A model generated the notes under the pieces. That model was not told the origin of the DNA and ran no database searches. It was given only the letters and a program-made list of their open reading frames with translations. A stretch of DNA of 64,000 bases from Alistipes sp. (GTDB lineage Bacteria > Bacteroidota > Bacteroidia > Bacteroidales > Rikenellaceae), in contig JAZRJD010000049.1 in the NCBI GenBank assembly GCA_045645625.1, positions 13,890-77,889 on the forward strand, written 5' to 3'. A program made the position numbers and the translations under genes. Below, piece after piece: positions 29,243 to 39,858 of the stretch; position 1 is the stretch's first letter; every line of letters begins with the position of its first letter.

Positions 29243-30424
29243 ATGAAGAGATTTATCACTGTATTTGTCGTGTGCGCGACCCTCGTTGTGTCGGCTTCGG
29301 CACAGGATAAGAGGGGTTACCAGTTTACCGATGGCAAGTTGGTTAAGACCACCTCGGTAAAAAATCAGTTCCGCAGCGGAACTTGCTGGTGCTATGCCGG
29401 ATTGTCGTTTATCGAGAACGAGATTATGCGTGCTGGTGGCGAGGAGATAGATTTGTCGGAGATGTGGATTGTCCGCAATGTCTACTTCGAGAAGGCTGTC
29501 AAGTATGTGCGTCTGCACGGACACCTCAATATGGCTGTCGGTGGAGCGTTCCACGATGTTACAAAGGGCATCGAGAAGTATGGTATCGTTCCGCAGGAGG
29601 TCTACGAAGGTTTGAACTACGGCACGGATAAGCCAGTATTTGGCGAGATTGACGCAATCTTGAAGGCGTATGTCGAGGCTGTGGTGCAGAATAAGAACAA
29701 GAAACTCACAACTGCTTGGAAAGATGGCTTGAACGCAATTCTCGATACCTACTTCGGCAAGATGCCGGAGAAGTTTACCTACAAGGGTAAGGAGTATACT
29801 CCGCACTCGTTTGCCGAGTCGTTGCCAGTGAAGATGTCGGATATAGTATTCGTTACCTCTTATACCCACCACCCATTCTACGAGCAGTATATCGTTGAGG
29901 TGCCCGACAACTGGATGTGGGAGAAGGCTTACAATGTGCCACTCGATGAGTTGATGCAGATTGTGGATAATGCCCTCGAAAACAACTACTCGCTCGGTTG
30001 GGCAGCCGATGTTTCGGAGCGTGGCTTCCACCGCACAAAGGCTATCGGTATTATTCCAGAGGATAATATCGAGAGCATGAGTGGCACCGAGGCAGAGCGT
30101 TGGGGCAGACTCTCGGAACAGGAGCGACAGAAGGAGTTGTACTCTTTCGATAAACCAGTAAAGGAGAAGAAGATTACGCAGCAGATGCGTCAGGAGGCGT
30201 TCGACAACTACGAGAATACCGATGACCACGGCATGGTTATTATCGGTACAGCCACCGACCAAGAGGGTAATCCGTTCTTTAAGGTGAAGAACTCGTGGGA
30301 TATTCGCCCGCCATACGATGGTTACTACTACTTCTCTCGTCCGTATGTTGAGTACAAGACGATGGAGATTATGGTGAATAAGAATGCAGTGCCTAAATCA
30401 ATCAGGAAGAAATTAGCACTCTAA
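29243..30424 (+). CDS. pepC: Aminopeptidase C (peptidase C1B, bleomycin-hydrolase-like)
   Basis: Signal peptide; QFRSGTCW, DDHGM, KVKNSW catalytic motifs. Confidence 0.88.
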   Translation: MKRFITVFVVCATLVVSASAQDKRGYQFTDGKLVKTTSVKNQFRSGTCWCYAGLSFIENEIMRAGGEEIDLSEMWIVRNVYFEKAVKYVRLHGHLNMAVGGAFHDVTKGIEKYGIVPQEVYEGLNYGTDKPVFGEIDAILKAYVEAVVQNKNKKLTTAWKDGLNAILDTYFGKMPEKFTYKGKEYTPHSFAESLPVKMSDIVFVTSYTHHPFYEQYIVEVPDNWMWEKAYNVPLDELMQIVDNALENNYSLGWAADVSERGFHRTKAIGIIPEDNIESMSGTEAERWGRLSEQERQKELYSFDKPVKEKKITQQMRQEAFDNYENTDDHGMVIIGTATDQEGNPFFKVKNSWDIRPPYDGYYYFSRPYVEYKTMEIMVNKNAVPKSIRKKLAL

Positions 30425-30475
30425 AAGATATTTTTTGAGGTAAGATTGTAATCATTTACGATTTTGAAGTTAGGT

Positions 30476-30507
30476 GGAGGTTGCTGTAAAGTAACCTCCC
30501 GTTTTTT
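30476..30507 (+). terminator. Intrinsic terminator after topA-pepC
   Basis: ggaggttgc-tgtaaa-gtaacctcc followed by a T tract. Confidence 0.75.
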
Positions 30508-30574
30508 ATTAAATCGTGGTTATAGTTTTTTCTCTCGTCTTTCGTCTCTCGTCTAAAATTACTATCTTTGCACT

Positions 30575-30973
30575 ATGGATATTGTCGATTTGCGTGAATA
30601 TATCTTGTCGTTGCCGTTGGTTGAGGAGTGTCAGCCCTTTGGCGAGGACTCGGTGGTCTATAAGGTGGGTGGTCGCCTGTTTGTCTGCTGTGTGTTGGAG
30701 TTTGCCGAGCGCATTGCAGTAAAGTGTCAGCCCGACCGCGCTATTGTTCTGCGCGACCGATACCTCTCGGCGATAACCCCTGCGTGGCACTTCAACAAGA
30801 AACATTGGAACGATATCTACTTCGAACAACTGCCTCGCGAGGTTGTGGAGCGTGAGATACGCCACTCCTACCTCACCGTTATCCGCGAGAATGTAACGAC
30901 CAAGGCGCTGCGCGAAGAGATTTTAGCAGTGGTACAACAAGAGGGCATCGAAGATGTAGAGGAAATAGAATAA
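30575..30973 (+). CDS. MmcQ/YjbR-family DNA-binding protein
   Basis: PFG.D..VYKVGG, AVKC.P, P.WH.NKKHWN. Confidence 0.88.
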   Translation: MDIVDLREYILSLPLVEECQPFGEDSVVYKVGGRLFVCCVLEFAERIAVKCQPDRAIVLRDRYLSAITPAWHFNKKHWNDIYFEQLPREVVEREIRHSYLTVIRENVTTKALREEILAVVQQEGIEDVEEIE

Positions 30974-30977
30974 TAGA

Positions 30978-31002
30978 CGGCAGAGGTGCAAACCCCTGCC
31001 GT
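30978..31002. terminator. Hairpin between the convergent MmcQ-family and TPR genes
   Basis: acggcagRgg...cccctgccgt. Confidence 0.65.
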
Positions 31003-31028
31003 TTCTCTATTTGTATGTAACCCAGATT

Positions 31029-31997
31029 CTACTTCTCCAAGTCAGCTAACGCAGTCTTTGCAGCCTCAACGCTTGCACCAGCGGTAACCTTCTTCAAAGT
31101 AGCAACAGCCTTCTCGCGAAGAGCGGCGTCCTTGTTGCCACCTGCGTTGTACTGTGCGTTGTAAGCAGCACCTACAAGGAAATATACTGCGCTCTTGTCC
31201 TCCTCGTTAGCCTGAGCCGTAGCAGCAGCCTCGCCGAGAGCGATAACCTTTGCGTAGTCCTTCTTGCCGTTGTAAGCCTCGATGCGAATCTTCTCTGCAA
31301 GGGCAGGAGATGCAGCCTGCAACTTGTCAGCCATTGCGATTACGCCATCGAAATCGCCTGCCTGCTGCAACGAAGCCACCTTGTTGTTGGTGTAGAGAGT
31401 TTTGTTGGCAGTAGCCTTTGCAATAGCATCAGCATACTTGTCTGCTGGCATCTTGCAGATCTTGTCGTAGATAGCCATACCCTCATCGTACTTGCCCAAC
31501 TCGCAGTATGAAGTTGCGAGGTTGAGAGCCATCTCGGCGTTACGAGGGTTTGCCTTGTAACCCTTCTCGAACACGGCAGCAGCAGCCTCGTAGTTCTTGG
31601 CGTTGAAAGCCTCACCGCCCTGCACCTGATAAACCTTTGCAAGAATCATGTTAGCCTTATTCTTTGCCTGTGTGTTGCCATACAACTCGGCTGTGTCGGC
31701 AGCCTTTGTCAGGTACTCGATTGCCTTTGCGTAGTTCTTCTGCGATGCAGCCGAAAGACCTACACCCTGATAACATACAGGAAGATACTTCTTGGCGGTA
31801 GCCACGCAGTTGAGTACGGTGTTGTCCTCCGAGTCCATACCCTTGTCGATAACGCTCTCAAAGAGGGTGATAGCCGAAGCATAGTTCTTAGCCTGAACAG
31901 CCTTTGCGCCCTCGTTGAACTTTGCGATAACCTCGCTCTGTGCCGAAGCCATACCTACGGCGAGGAGTGCAAACATTGTTACAAATAACTTTTTCAT
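31029..31997 (-). CDS. Secreted tetratricopeptide-repeat protein
   Basis: Signal peptide; repeated (K)NY..A..F.K helical TPR motifs. Confidence 0.85.
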   Translation of the reverse strand: MKKLFVTMFALLAVGMASAQSEVIAKFNEGAKAVQAKNYASAITLFESVIDKGMDSEDNTVLNCVATAKKYLPVCYQGVGLSAASQKNYAKAIEYLTKAADTAELYGNTQAKNKANMILAKVYQVQGGEAFNAKNYEAAAAVFEKGYKANPRNAEMALNLATSYCELGKYDEGMAIYDKICKMPADKYADAIAKATANKTLYTNNKVASLQQAGDFDGVIAMADKLQAASPALAEKIRIEAYNGKKDYAKVIALGEAAATAQANEEDKSAVYFLVGAAYNAQYNAGGNKDAALREKAVATLKKVTAGASVEAAKTALADLEK

Positions 31998-32051
31998 AAT
32001 CTTTTCTATTTTTTGTGATTTTTGTCTTTCCAATCTGCAAAGTTACTGCAT

Positions 32052-32498
32052 CTATCTCAATTTTGCAAAAAAATCGGTCATAAGTCGCTCACACTCTTCG
32101 CGGAGAATGCCCGAAGTAACAACGGTGCGGGGGTGCAACATATTGTCCGAAATGGTCGAAAATCCGCGTTTAGTGTCCGATGCGCCATAAACGATACGCC
32201 CGATTTGGCTCCATGCCAAGGCTCCTGCGCACATTGGGCAAGGCTCGACCGTCACATAGAGCGTGCAGTCGTTGAGGTACTTTCCGCCGATTGTCGAGGC
32301 AGCAGCGGTAATTGCCTGCAACTCGGCATGGGCGGTGACATCGGTCAAAGTCTCTACCAGATTGTGACCTCGCCCAACGATGCGACCACCCGCAACAATG
32401 ATGGCTCCGATGGGTACTTCATCGGCTTCGAGGGCAAGTTTTGCCTCTTCTATTGCCAAACGCATATATTTTTCATCTTTTTCTCGCAATTCTTCCAT
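32052..32498 (-). CDS. tadA: tRNA adenosine deaminase TadA
   Basis: EVPIGA, TAHAE, TVEPCPMCAGA. Confidence 0.9.
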   Translation of the reverse strand: MEELREKDEKYMRLAIEEAKLALEADEVPIGAIIVAGGRIVGRGHNLVETLTDVTAHAELQAITAAASTIGGKYLNDCTLYVTVEPCPMCAGALAWSQIGRIVYGASDTKRGFSTISDNMLHPRTVVTSGILREECERLMTDFFAKLR

Positions 32499-32560
32499 AT
32501 TTTTTGTAACTTTGTCAGTTGTTTGATAGGGCAAAGATACAAAAAACATTATATAAAACT

Positions 32561-34315
32561 ATGTACAGAAGTAATACTTGTGGCGAATTGCGTGCCACAA
32601 ATGTCGGACAGACAGTGACATTGGCAGGTTGGGTGCAGAAGGTGCGTAACCTCGGAGCGATGACCTTTATCGATTTGCGCGACCGCTACGGCATCACACA
32701 GATTGTCGTTGAGGAGCACTCTGACGAGGCTACAAAGGCAGAGGCTGCAAAACTCGGTCGTGAGTGCGTTGTTCAGGTTACGGGTAAGGTTATCGAGCGT
32801 GAGTCGAAGAATGCGAAGATGGCTACGGGCGATATCGAGGTTGTTGCCGAGAAGATTAACATTCTCAATCAGGCTGTTATTCCTCCGTTCACTATCGAGG
32901 AGAACTCCGATGGTGGCGATGATCTTCGTATGAAGTACCGCTACCTCGACCTTCGCCGTCCACCATTGCAGCGAAATATGATTCTTCGTCACAAGATGGC
33001 GCAGGAAATTCGCAAGTTCCTCGACTCGGAGGGTTTCTTGGAGATTGAGACTCCTTACCTCATCAAATCTACTCCGGAGGGTGCTCGCGACTTTGTTGTG
33101 CCTTCGCGTATGAATCCTAACGAGTTCTACGCATTGCCACAGTCGCCGCAGACATTGAAGCAGTTGCTTATGGTGTCGGGCTACGACCGCTACTTCCAGA
33201 TTGTACGCTGCTTCCGCGATGAGGACTTGCGTGCAGACCGTCAGCCTGAGTTTACACAGATTGACTGCGAGATGTCGTTTGTGGAGCAGGAGGATATCCT
33301 CAATATCTTCGAGCGTTGGGCAAAGCACATGTTCAAGAGTGTCTTGGATATCGACTTTACAGAGCCATTCCGCCGTATGCCTTGGAGCGAGGCTATGGAG
33401 AAGTATGGCTCGGATAAGCCCGATTTGCGCTTCGGCATGGAGTTCTCGGATATTACCGACTTGGCACATGGTCACAACTTCTCGGTATTTGACGATGCGG
33501 AGTATGTAGTGGGCTTTGCAGCAACGGGTTGTGCAACATATACCCGCAAGCAGATTGACGCCTTGACCGACTATGTTAAGCGTCCGCAGGTGGGAGCCAA
33601 AGGTTTGATTTGGATTCGCGTTGAGGAGGGAGGCATTAAGTCCTCTATCGATAAGTTCTTCTCGGCAGAGGAGTTGCAGACTATCGCCGAGCGTTTGGGC
33701 GCAAAGGCGGGCGACTTGTGTTTGATTCTCTGCGGTAAGAAGTATAAGGCTCTGACTCAACTCTGCGCACTCCGCTTGGAAGTTGCCGAGCAGTTGGGCT
33801 TGCGCGACCCGAAGAAGTTTGCTCCGCTTTGGGTTGTCGATTTTCCGATGTTCGAGTGGGACGAGGAGACCGAGCGTTTCTACGCAAAGCACCACCCATT
33901 TACCTCGCCAAAGCCGGAGGATATCGACAAGTTGGAGAGCGACCCGGGCGCAGTGCGTGCTAACGCCTACGACTTTGTCTGCAACGGCACGGAGATTGGT
34001 GGCGGCTCAATCCGTATCCACGATCCGAAATTGCAGTCGCTCATTTTCAAGTGCTTGGGCTTCACGCCGGAGCAGGCGGAGGCACAGTTCGGCTTCCTTA
34101 TTAACGCCTTCCGCTATGGTGCACCGCCACACGGAGGTTTGGCATTCGGTTTTGACCGTCTTTGCTCGTTGTTCGGTGGCGTAGATTCGATTCGCGACTT
34201 TATCGCCTTCCCGAAGAACAATGCCGGTCGCGATGTGATGCTCGATGGTCCATCGCCAATCGACCCAGCACAGCTCGAAGAGTTGTACCTCTCGTTGGTT
34301 CCGGCAGAGAAGTAG
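32561..34315 (+). CDS. aspS: Aspartate--tRNA ligase
   Basis: [42 protein letters not shown]. Confidence 0.98.
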   Translation: MYRSNTCGELRATNVGQTVTLAGWVQKVRNLGAMTFIDLRDRYGITQIVVEEHSDEATKAEAAKLGRECVVQVTGKVIERESKNAKMATGDIEVVAEKINILNQAVIPPFTIEENSDGGDDLRMKYRYLDLRRPPLQRNMILRHKMAQEIRKFLDSEGFLEIETPYLIKSTPEGARDFVVPSRMNPNEFYALPQSPQTLKQLLMVSGYDRYFQIVRCFRDEDLRADRQPEFTQIDCEMSFVEQEDILNIFERWAKHMFKSVLDIDFTEPFRRMPWSEAMEKYGSDKPDLRFGMEFSDITDLAHGHNFSVFDDAEYVVGFAATGCATYTRKQIDALTDYVKRPQVGAKGLIWIRVEEGGIKSSIDKFFSAEELQTIAERLGAKAGDLCLILCGKKYKALTQLCALRLEVAEQLGLRDPKKFAPLWVVDFPMFEWDEETERFYAKHHPFTSPKPEDIDKLESDPGAVRANAYDFVCNGTEIGGGSIRIHDPKLQSLIFKCLGFTPEQAEAQFGFLINAFRYGAPPHGGLAFGFDRLCSLFGGVDSIRDFIAFPKNNAGRDVMLDGPSPIDPAQLEELYLSLVPAEK

Positions 34316-34406
34316 TATTAAAAATACTAAATATCGCAAATCGCCTCGATTTTTTTGTCGGGGCGATTGTTTTTTCCTATATTTGTGGAGAAATAGCAAA
34401 ATTGCG

Positions 34407-35381
34407 ATGAAAAGGAGCATTATAATATTAGTTTCACTATTTGTGGCGGTGTCGGCAATGGCGGCAGTGCGCCAAACACGAGAGGAGTATGTCGAGAAGT
34501 ATAAGGCAATAGCCATCGCTCACATGGAGCGATATGGTATCCCGGCAAGTATCACGATGGCGCAGGGAATCTTGGAGTCGGATAGCGGAAACAGCCGCCT
34601 TTCGACCTCCTCGAACAACCACTTCGGCATAAAGTGCAAGAAACATTGGACAGGCGACCGAGTCTATCACGATGACGATGCGAAGGGGGAGTGCTTCCGT
34701 GCTTATCCTTCGGTTGAGGCATCGTATCAGGACCATGCCGATTTTCTTGACCAATCGCCACGCTACGACTCCCTGTTTGCATATCCCTCTGACGACTACC
34801 GCAGTTGGGCGAGAGGTTTGAAGGCTGCGGGCTATGCTACGGCACCCGACTATGCCGAGCGTTTGGTGAAGATCATCGAGTCAATGAAGTTGTATCTGCT
34901 TGATAAAGAGAATGGAACGAAAATCTACTCGGCGGCGAAAAATGCAACGGCAAATACCGAGGCGTGGTTCGAGAGCAATATCGCCACTTCGGACGAGCAG
35001 ATCAATCCGAATGCCTTCCGCGTAACGGTGAATTCGCATAAGGGCTATGGTGTCTATCGCACAAACCACACCTTCTATGTTGTGGCAAAGGAGGGTGACA
35101 CCTTCGAGTCGGTGGGTGAGGTGTTTGATATCTCGCCGAAGATGCTACGCAAGTTCAACGATGTGGCGAAAGATGGCTCGTTGTCGAAGGGCGATATTAT
35201 CTATATCGAGCGCAAAAAGACGCAGTGGCTGGGCAATGTAATGCAACACAAGGTTGTGCGTGATGAAAATCTCTACTCCCTGTCGCAGTCGTACGGCATA
35301 CGCCTGCGCTCGTTGGCGAAACTCAACCACCTCCGCCCTGCCGATGATGTCTGCAAAGGGGAGATAATCAGATTGAAGTAA
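34407..35381 (+). CDS. Glucosaminidase (GH73) with LysM domains
   Basis: GIPASITMAQGILES, NNHFGIKC, GYAT.P.YA; two C-terminal LysM-like repeats. Confidence 0.9.
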   Translation: MKRSIIILVSLFVAVSAMAAVRQTREEYVEKYKAIAIAHMERYGIPASITMAQGILESDSGNSRLSTSSNNHFGIKCKKHWTGDRVYHDDDAKGECFRAYPSVEASYQDHADFLDQSPRYDSLFAYPSDDYRSWARGLKAAGYATAPDYAERLVKIIESMKLYLLDKENGTKIYSAAKNATANTEAWFESNIATSDEQINPNAFRVTVNSHKGYGVYRTNHTFYVVAKEGDTFESVGEVFDISPKMLRKFNDVAKDGSLSKGDIIYIERKKTQWLGNVMQHKVVRDENLYSLSQSYGIRLRSLAKLNHLRPADDVCKGEIIRLK

Positions 35382-35402
35382 GGAACAAAATAGATACAAG
35401 TT

Positions 35403-36404
35403 ATGAGAAGATTTACTACCGCTTTTGTTTTGGCGCTGGTGGCTGTAATGAGCGTGTCAGCACAAATTGTGAAGGTGTCGGAGTTGCCGACCAACAAACA
35501 ATTCCGTAAGGCTGTCAAAACGCTGATGTTTAAAACCAACGGTCACGACCTTACCCCAAAGCGATTGGAGTCTATGGAGGTTACACAAAGCGTAATCAAT
35601 CGTTTTGAAAATAGAGAGTGGGGTGCATACCGAAGAGAGAGCAATCCTGAGAAGATTGCCGAGTTGGAGCGTTCGGGCGTGCCTTACTTCTTGCGCAAAT
35701 CATTCGATAAGGTGCGCAAGGAGGTACGCACCACAAAGGTTAAGGAGGGAACCGTGGCGGTGTGGTTGCTCTACAATATGGGTTATATTGTCAAGACTCC
35801 GACAGCAACTTTTGGTATCGACCTCTACTCAAAATATACCGATAAATTGCTCGATATGGTAGATTTCGGCATGATTACCCATCCGCACGGCGACCATAAC
35901 ACTAAGGCGTTTACCGAGGGTATGGTAAAGCGAGGAAAACCTATTCTTGCCGCTTTCGATATAAAGGGTGTCGAGGAGATGCGTGTTGAGGATGGTGGAG
36001 TGTATAAGTTTGGAGATATTACGGTGCGAGTAACGGTAGGCGACCACAACAAGAAGCTGCGTAACTTTGTAGCCTCGTATGAGATTGATTGTGGCGCAAA
36101 TACCAACAATACAGTAATCTACCACACTGGCGATTCGTGCAACTACACACAACTTAACCCACAAAAGCAGGTCGATATCTTTATTCCTCATGTTCGTGTA
36201 AGGTTGAATATCCCGAAGGCTATCGAGAAATTCCAACCAAAACATATCTTTATATCGCACTTGCAGGAACTTGGACACCGTGCGCATAAGGGGCGTTGGA
36301 CATTCCACGATGCCCTTCGCTTAAAGGATAAGCTGAATCACGACCATATATGGATACCATGTTGGGGTGAGCGTGTAATCTATAATCGTAACGATTGGAA
36401 ATAA
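35403..36404 (+). CDS. Secreted MBL-fold metallo-hydrolase
   Basis: Signal peptide; THPHGDH, YHTGD. Confidence 0.8.
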   Translation: MRRFTTAFVLALVAVMSVSAQIVKVSELPTNKQFRKAVKTLMFKTNGHDLTPKRLESMEVTQSVINRFENREWGAYRRESNPEKIAELERSGVPYFLRKSFDKVRKEVRTTKVKEGTVAVWLLYNMGYIVKTPTATFGIDLYSKYTDKLLDMVDFGMITHPHGDHNTKAFTEGMVKRGKPILAAFDIKGVEEMRVEDGGVYKFGDITVRVTVGDHNKKLRNFVASYEIDCGANTNNTVIYHTGDSCNYTQLNPQKQVDIFIPHVRVRLNIPKAIEKFQPKHIFISHLQELGHRAHKGRWTFHDALRLKDKLNHDHIWIPCWGERVIYNRNDWK

Positions 36405-36424
36405 TAAATTAAAGCAAGATAACT

Positions 36425-37108
36425 ATGGCACAGCAACTTCGTGAAAAGATTTTGTCGGCGATTATCGACAAATCATCGCTCAAACAACGAGTATTCGATA
36501 ACACCTTCTCGGTATTCGGAGAGTTGAAGGATGCTCTCTTGGAGATGGCATCCGAGATTGATGATGCGCTCGATGGCAAGCTCGACCGCCGTGTGCGTAT
36601 CGAGTATCGCGATCGTGGCAAGTTCGAGGCGCAACTCCAAATCGCCTCCGACCTTCTTATCGTGCGTATGCACACCGATGTCTTCAACTTTGACTCAAAC
36701 CACCTAATCTGGCAAAATGAGTATGTGCAGAGCGATAAGGCGAACTCCTACTGCGGAATTATCGATATCTATGACTTCCTCTCCGACTCGTTCAAGTTCA
36801 ATCGTTCGGCAGACGAGGGTTATCTGATTGGTCGTATCTTCATCAACCGCGAGAAGATGTTTTTCGTGGAGGGCAAACGCCAGACACTTGTTCGCGCAAT
36901 GAGTTTCGGCAAGGAGACAATCTCGCGCGAAAATCTCGTTACTGTACTCGAAACGGCTATCAACTACGCCCTTAACTTCGACCTGCTCACACCGCCTTAC
37001 GAGGAGAACAAGCGTGTTACTGTCGAGCAGTTCAATACCAAGATGGATAACTCGAAGTTCGTGACCGGAAAACGCCTCGACTACGACTTTAATGTTGATG
37101 ATATTTAG
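36425..37108 (+). CDS. Hypothetical protein
   Basis: 227 aa ORF in an operon; FL.DSFK.NR..D.GYLIGRIFIN motif; function unknown. Confidence 0.7.
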   Translation: MAQQLREKILSAIIDKSSLKQRVFDNTFSVFGELKDALLEMASEIDDALDGKLDRRVRIEYRDRGKFEAQLQIASDLLIVRMHTDVFNFDSNHLIWQNEYVQSDKANSYCGIIDIYDFLSDSFKFNRSADEGYLIGRIFINREKMFFVEGKRQTLVRAMSFGKETISRENLVTVLETAINYALNFDLLTPPYEENKRVTVEQFNTKMDNSKFVTGKRLDYDFNVDDI

Positions 37109-37145
37109 TCAACCTGTGGTAGTGGTTATTAAGAATGTATTTATA

Positions 37146-39263
37146 ATGAAAAAAAATTTCCTTCTGGCAGTGGCGGTTATGTGCGCCACTGTCGTTGCAT
37201 ACGGCTCGACCGTACAATATAGGGATATTGTCAAGTGCCGTGCGGCGAACAAAGGCATTTACGGTGTGCGCTCAATGGCTGATGGCGAGCACTTTACCAT
37301 AATTAAGGGCAAGCAGATTGTGCGATGCTCGTATGCCGACCGTACCGACTCGTTACTACTTTTCAGCGGAGAGTTGAAGATTGGCAATTACCTCTTTTCG
37401 CACGATGAGAGGCAGATTTTGTTATCCGATGCTGGGAGCGTGAAGCCTATCTATCGCCATTCGGCAACCGCCGACTACTACCTCGCCGAGGTGGGAGGCA
37501 AGGCGCGCAAGGTGTTGGAGCAGGTGCGTGATGTGGAGTTTTCTCCCGATAACAAGAGCCTTGTCTATTCCAAAGAGAACAATCTCTACCTATACGATAT
37601 TGCAACCTCCACCTCAAAGGCTGTAACTACCGATGGCGAGTGGAACAAGATTATCAACGGCACGAGCGACTGGGTTTACGAGGAGGAGTATGGTTTTACG
37701 AAGGGCTATGCCGTATCGCCCGATGGGGCGAAGATTGCCTACCTGTGCTTCGATGAGAGCGAGGTGCCGACCTTCGAGATGATGCGCTACGATGACAAAC
37801 TCTACAATAAAGCCTACTCGTTCAAATACCCGAAGGCGGGCGACAAGAACTCGGTTGTAACGCTCCACCTCTACGATGTTGCATCGGGTGCAACCGAACA
37901 GATTGCGGTGGGCGATAATCCCGACCAATATATTCTCAATCTTGCCTATACGCCAAAGGGCGAACTATATTTCTATCGCGTTAATCGTCTGCAAAACCAC
38001 TTTGAGGTGCTGCTGCGTGAGGCGAGTGGGGTGGTGCGCACTATCTACGAGGAGAGAAGCACAACCTATGTCGAAAGACCTTCGGCTGCAACGATACGCT
38101 TTATTGACGGTGAGCGATTTATCGTCAGCGAGGAGACTACCGCAGGGTATAACCACCTCTACCTCCACAGCACCACCAAAGGTCGCCTGAATGCCATAAC
38201 ATCGGGCAAGTGGCAAGTCGCATCGGTGGTGGGTGTAGCAAAAAAGAGGGTATATTACCTCTCGACCGAGCAGTCGCCACTGCAACGCCACCTCTACTCC
38301 GTAGGATTGAATGGTAAGGGCAAAAAGTGCCTTACTCCCGATGGCGGCTTTAACACTATCACTCCGTCAAGCGGTATGCGCTACTATATTCGCACCTATA
38401 CGAATGTCGATACCCCGAATATCGTTACGGTGCATCGCGCTTCGGGCGAGGTGGTCGATACGCTGGTCGATAGCCGTGTGCAGGTTGCAGAGCGAGGCAG
38501 GTGGGCGAAGCGAGAATTTAAGCAGTTCGTAACCGAGCGTGGCGATACGCTCAACTACTATATCCAGTTGCCGTTTGGCTTCGATAAAGCGAAAAAATAC
38601 CCTGTTCTGCTGACGCAGTATTCGGGTCCCGGCTCACAGTCGGTGCGCGATATGTGGTCGCTCGATTGGGAAGATGCACTGCCGCACGATGGCTATATCG
38701 TGGCGTGTTGTGATGGTCGCGGTACTGGTTATAGGGGCGAGGCGTTTAAGAAATGTACCTACGCTGACCTCGGTCGCAGGGAGGTTGAGGATCAACTCTC
38801 CTTCGCGCGATTCTTGGCGAAGCAGGAGTTTGTCGATGCCGAGCGAATCGGTATTTACGGCTGGTCGTATGGCGGATTTATGGCTCTCAACTGCGCCCTG
38901 CATGGCGAGGGGTTGTTCCGTATGGCTATTGCCGTTGCACCCGTGACATCGTGGCGATACTACGACACAATCTATACCGAGATTTACAACGGCCTGCCAC
39001 AAGATAACCCGAAGGGTTACGATGATAACTCGCCACTCTCGCATGCAGCGAAGTTGTCCGACCGCACCAAGTTATTGATTATCCACGGCACGGCAGACGA
39101 TAATGTTCACTTTCAGAACTCGATGGAGATGTGTCGCCGTCTGAACGATGCGGGCAAGCAGTACGATATGATGGTTTATCCCGACCAAAACCACTCGATG
39201 CGCCCTGCGGCAACATCGCTTGTGCGACAGAAGATGATAGACTATACTTTGGAAAATCTATAA
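37146..39263 (+). CDS. Dipeptidyl-peptidase IV-like S9B peptidase
   Basis: DWVYEEE, YPKAG, GWSYGG, HGTADDNVH, QNHS catalytic motifs. Confidence 0.92.
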   Translation: MKKNFLLAVAVMCATVVAYGSTVQYRDIVKCRAANKGIYGVRSMADGEHFTIIKGKQIVRCSYADRTDSLLLFSGELKIGNYLFSHDERQILLSDAGSVKPIYRHSATADYYLAEVGGKARKVLEQVRDVEFSPDNKSLVYSKENNLYLYDIATSTSKAVTTDGEWNKIINGTSDWVYEEEYGFTKGYAVSPDGAKIAYLCFDESEVPTFEMMRYDDKLYNKAYSFKYPKAGDKNSVVTLHLYDVASGATEQIAVGDNPDQYILNLAYTPKGELYFYRVNRLQNHFEVLLREASGVVRTIYEERSTTYVERPSAATIRFIDGERFIVSEETTAGYNHLYLHSTTKGRLNAITSGKWQVASVVGVAKKRVYYLSTEQSPLQRHLYSVGLNGKGKKCLTPDGGFNTITPSSGMRYYIRTYTNVDTPNIVTVHRASGEVVDTLVDSRVQVAERGRWAKREFKQFVTERGDTLNYYIQLPFGFDKAKKYPVLLTQYSGPGSQSVRDMWSLDWEDALPHDGYIVACCDGRGTGYRGEAFKKCTYADLGRREVEDQLSFARFLAKQEFVDAERIGIYGWSYGGFMALNCALHGEGLFRMAIAVAPVTSWRYYDTIYTEIYNGLPQDNPKGYDDNSPLSHAAKLSDRTKLLIIHGTADDNVHFQNSMEMCRRLNDAGKQYDMMVYPDQNHSMRPAATSLVRQKMIDYTLENL

Positions 39264-39267
39264 TTAA

Positions 39268-39303
39268 GAGCCTGTCTAACAAGTTTTTTGTTAGACAGGC
39301 TTG
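39268..39303 (+). terminator. Intrinsic terminator after the DPP-IV-like gene
   Basis: agcctgtctaacaa-gttt-ttgttagacaggct. Confidence 0.8.
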
Positions 39304-39652
39304 TTTGTTGATGTTGATTTATGGAGGTAAATTTCAATAGACGGAAATCGTAAAAGTTTCGATAAAATAGCATTATGCGATGTATGTTTAACCAGAAATA
39401 TCAAAAAATGGCGTATGTTTAACCAAAAAGCACAAAAAACACCCACAAGTTTGAGGCTTGTGGGTAATAAAAAGACTAATTGTTTATATACATGATATTT
39501 CTCAGCCTATATAAATGACTGTCATTTATACAGAAGCATAACCTATACAATGGTTGAATTTAGTGCTTTGTTCTAAACTATGAGTTTAGGATAAAACAAC
39601 AAAAACAACCAATATCATCTGTGACACAACAGATGACTATGTGTCGTGTTTG

Positions 39653-39725
39653 AGGACAAATAACAGGACAAGCAGCAGGACAAGCAGCAGGACAAGTAAC
39701 AGGACAAGCCCCCCAAGTTACCCCC
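39653..39725 (+). repeat. 12-bp tandem repeat (RCAGGACAAGYA), probable gene remnant
   Basis: Four to five copies translating as TGQA-AGQA-AGQV-TGQA-PQVT; no intact ORF around it. Confidence 0.65.
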
Positions 39726-39858
39726 CCCTAAGCACTCTATTAAAAAAAGCCCATGGCTAATAGCCCCAAAACAGGGGGACGAGTGTAGCGGATGGGGTAA
39801 TGCTCTCGTCTAAACAATTACAGTCCCCAAGTATATAATTAACCTCTTTTGTGCACCG

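Noticed and set aside
26945-30262. 436-aa and 481-aa minus-strand ORFs
   Set aside because: Antisense to topA and pepC; no independent coding signal.
32549-33895. 448-aa minus-strand ORF
   Set aside because: Antisense shadow of aspS.
39653-39725. Possible CRISPR or iteron array
   Set aside because: Contiguous 12-mers without spacers; no rep or cas gene nearby.
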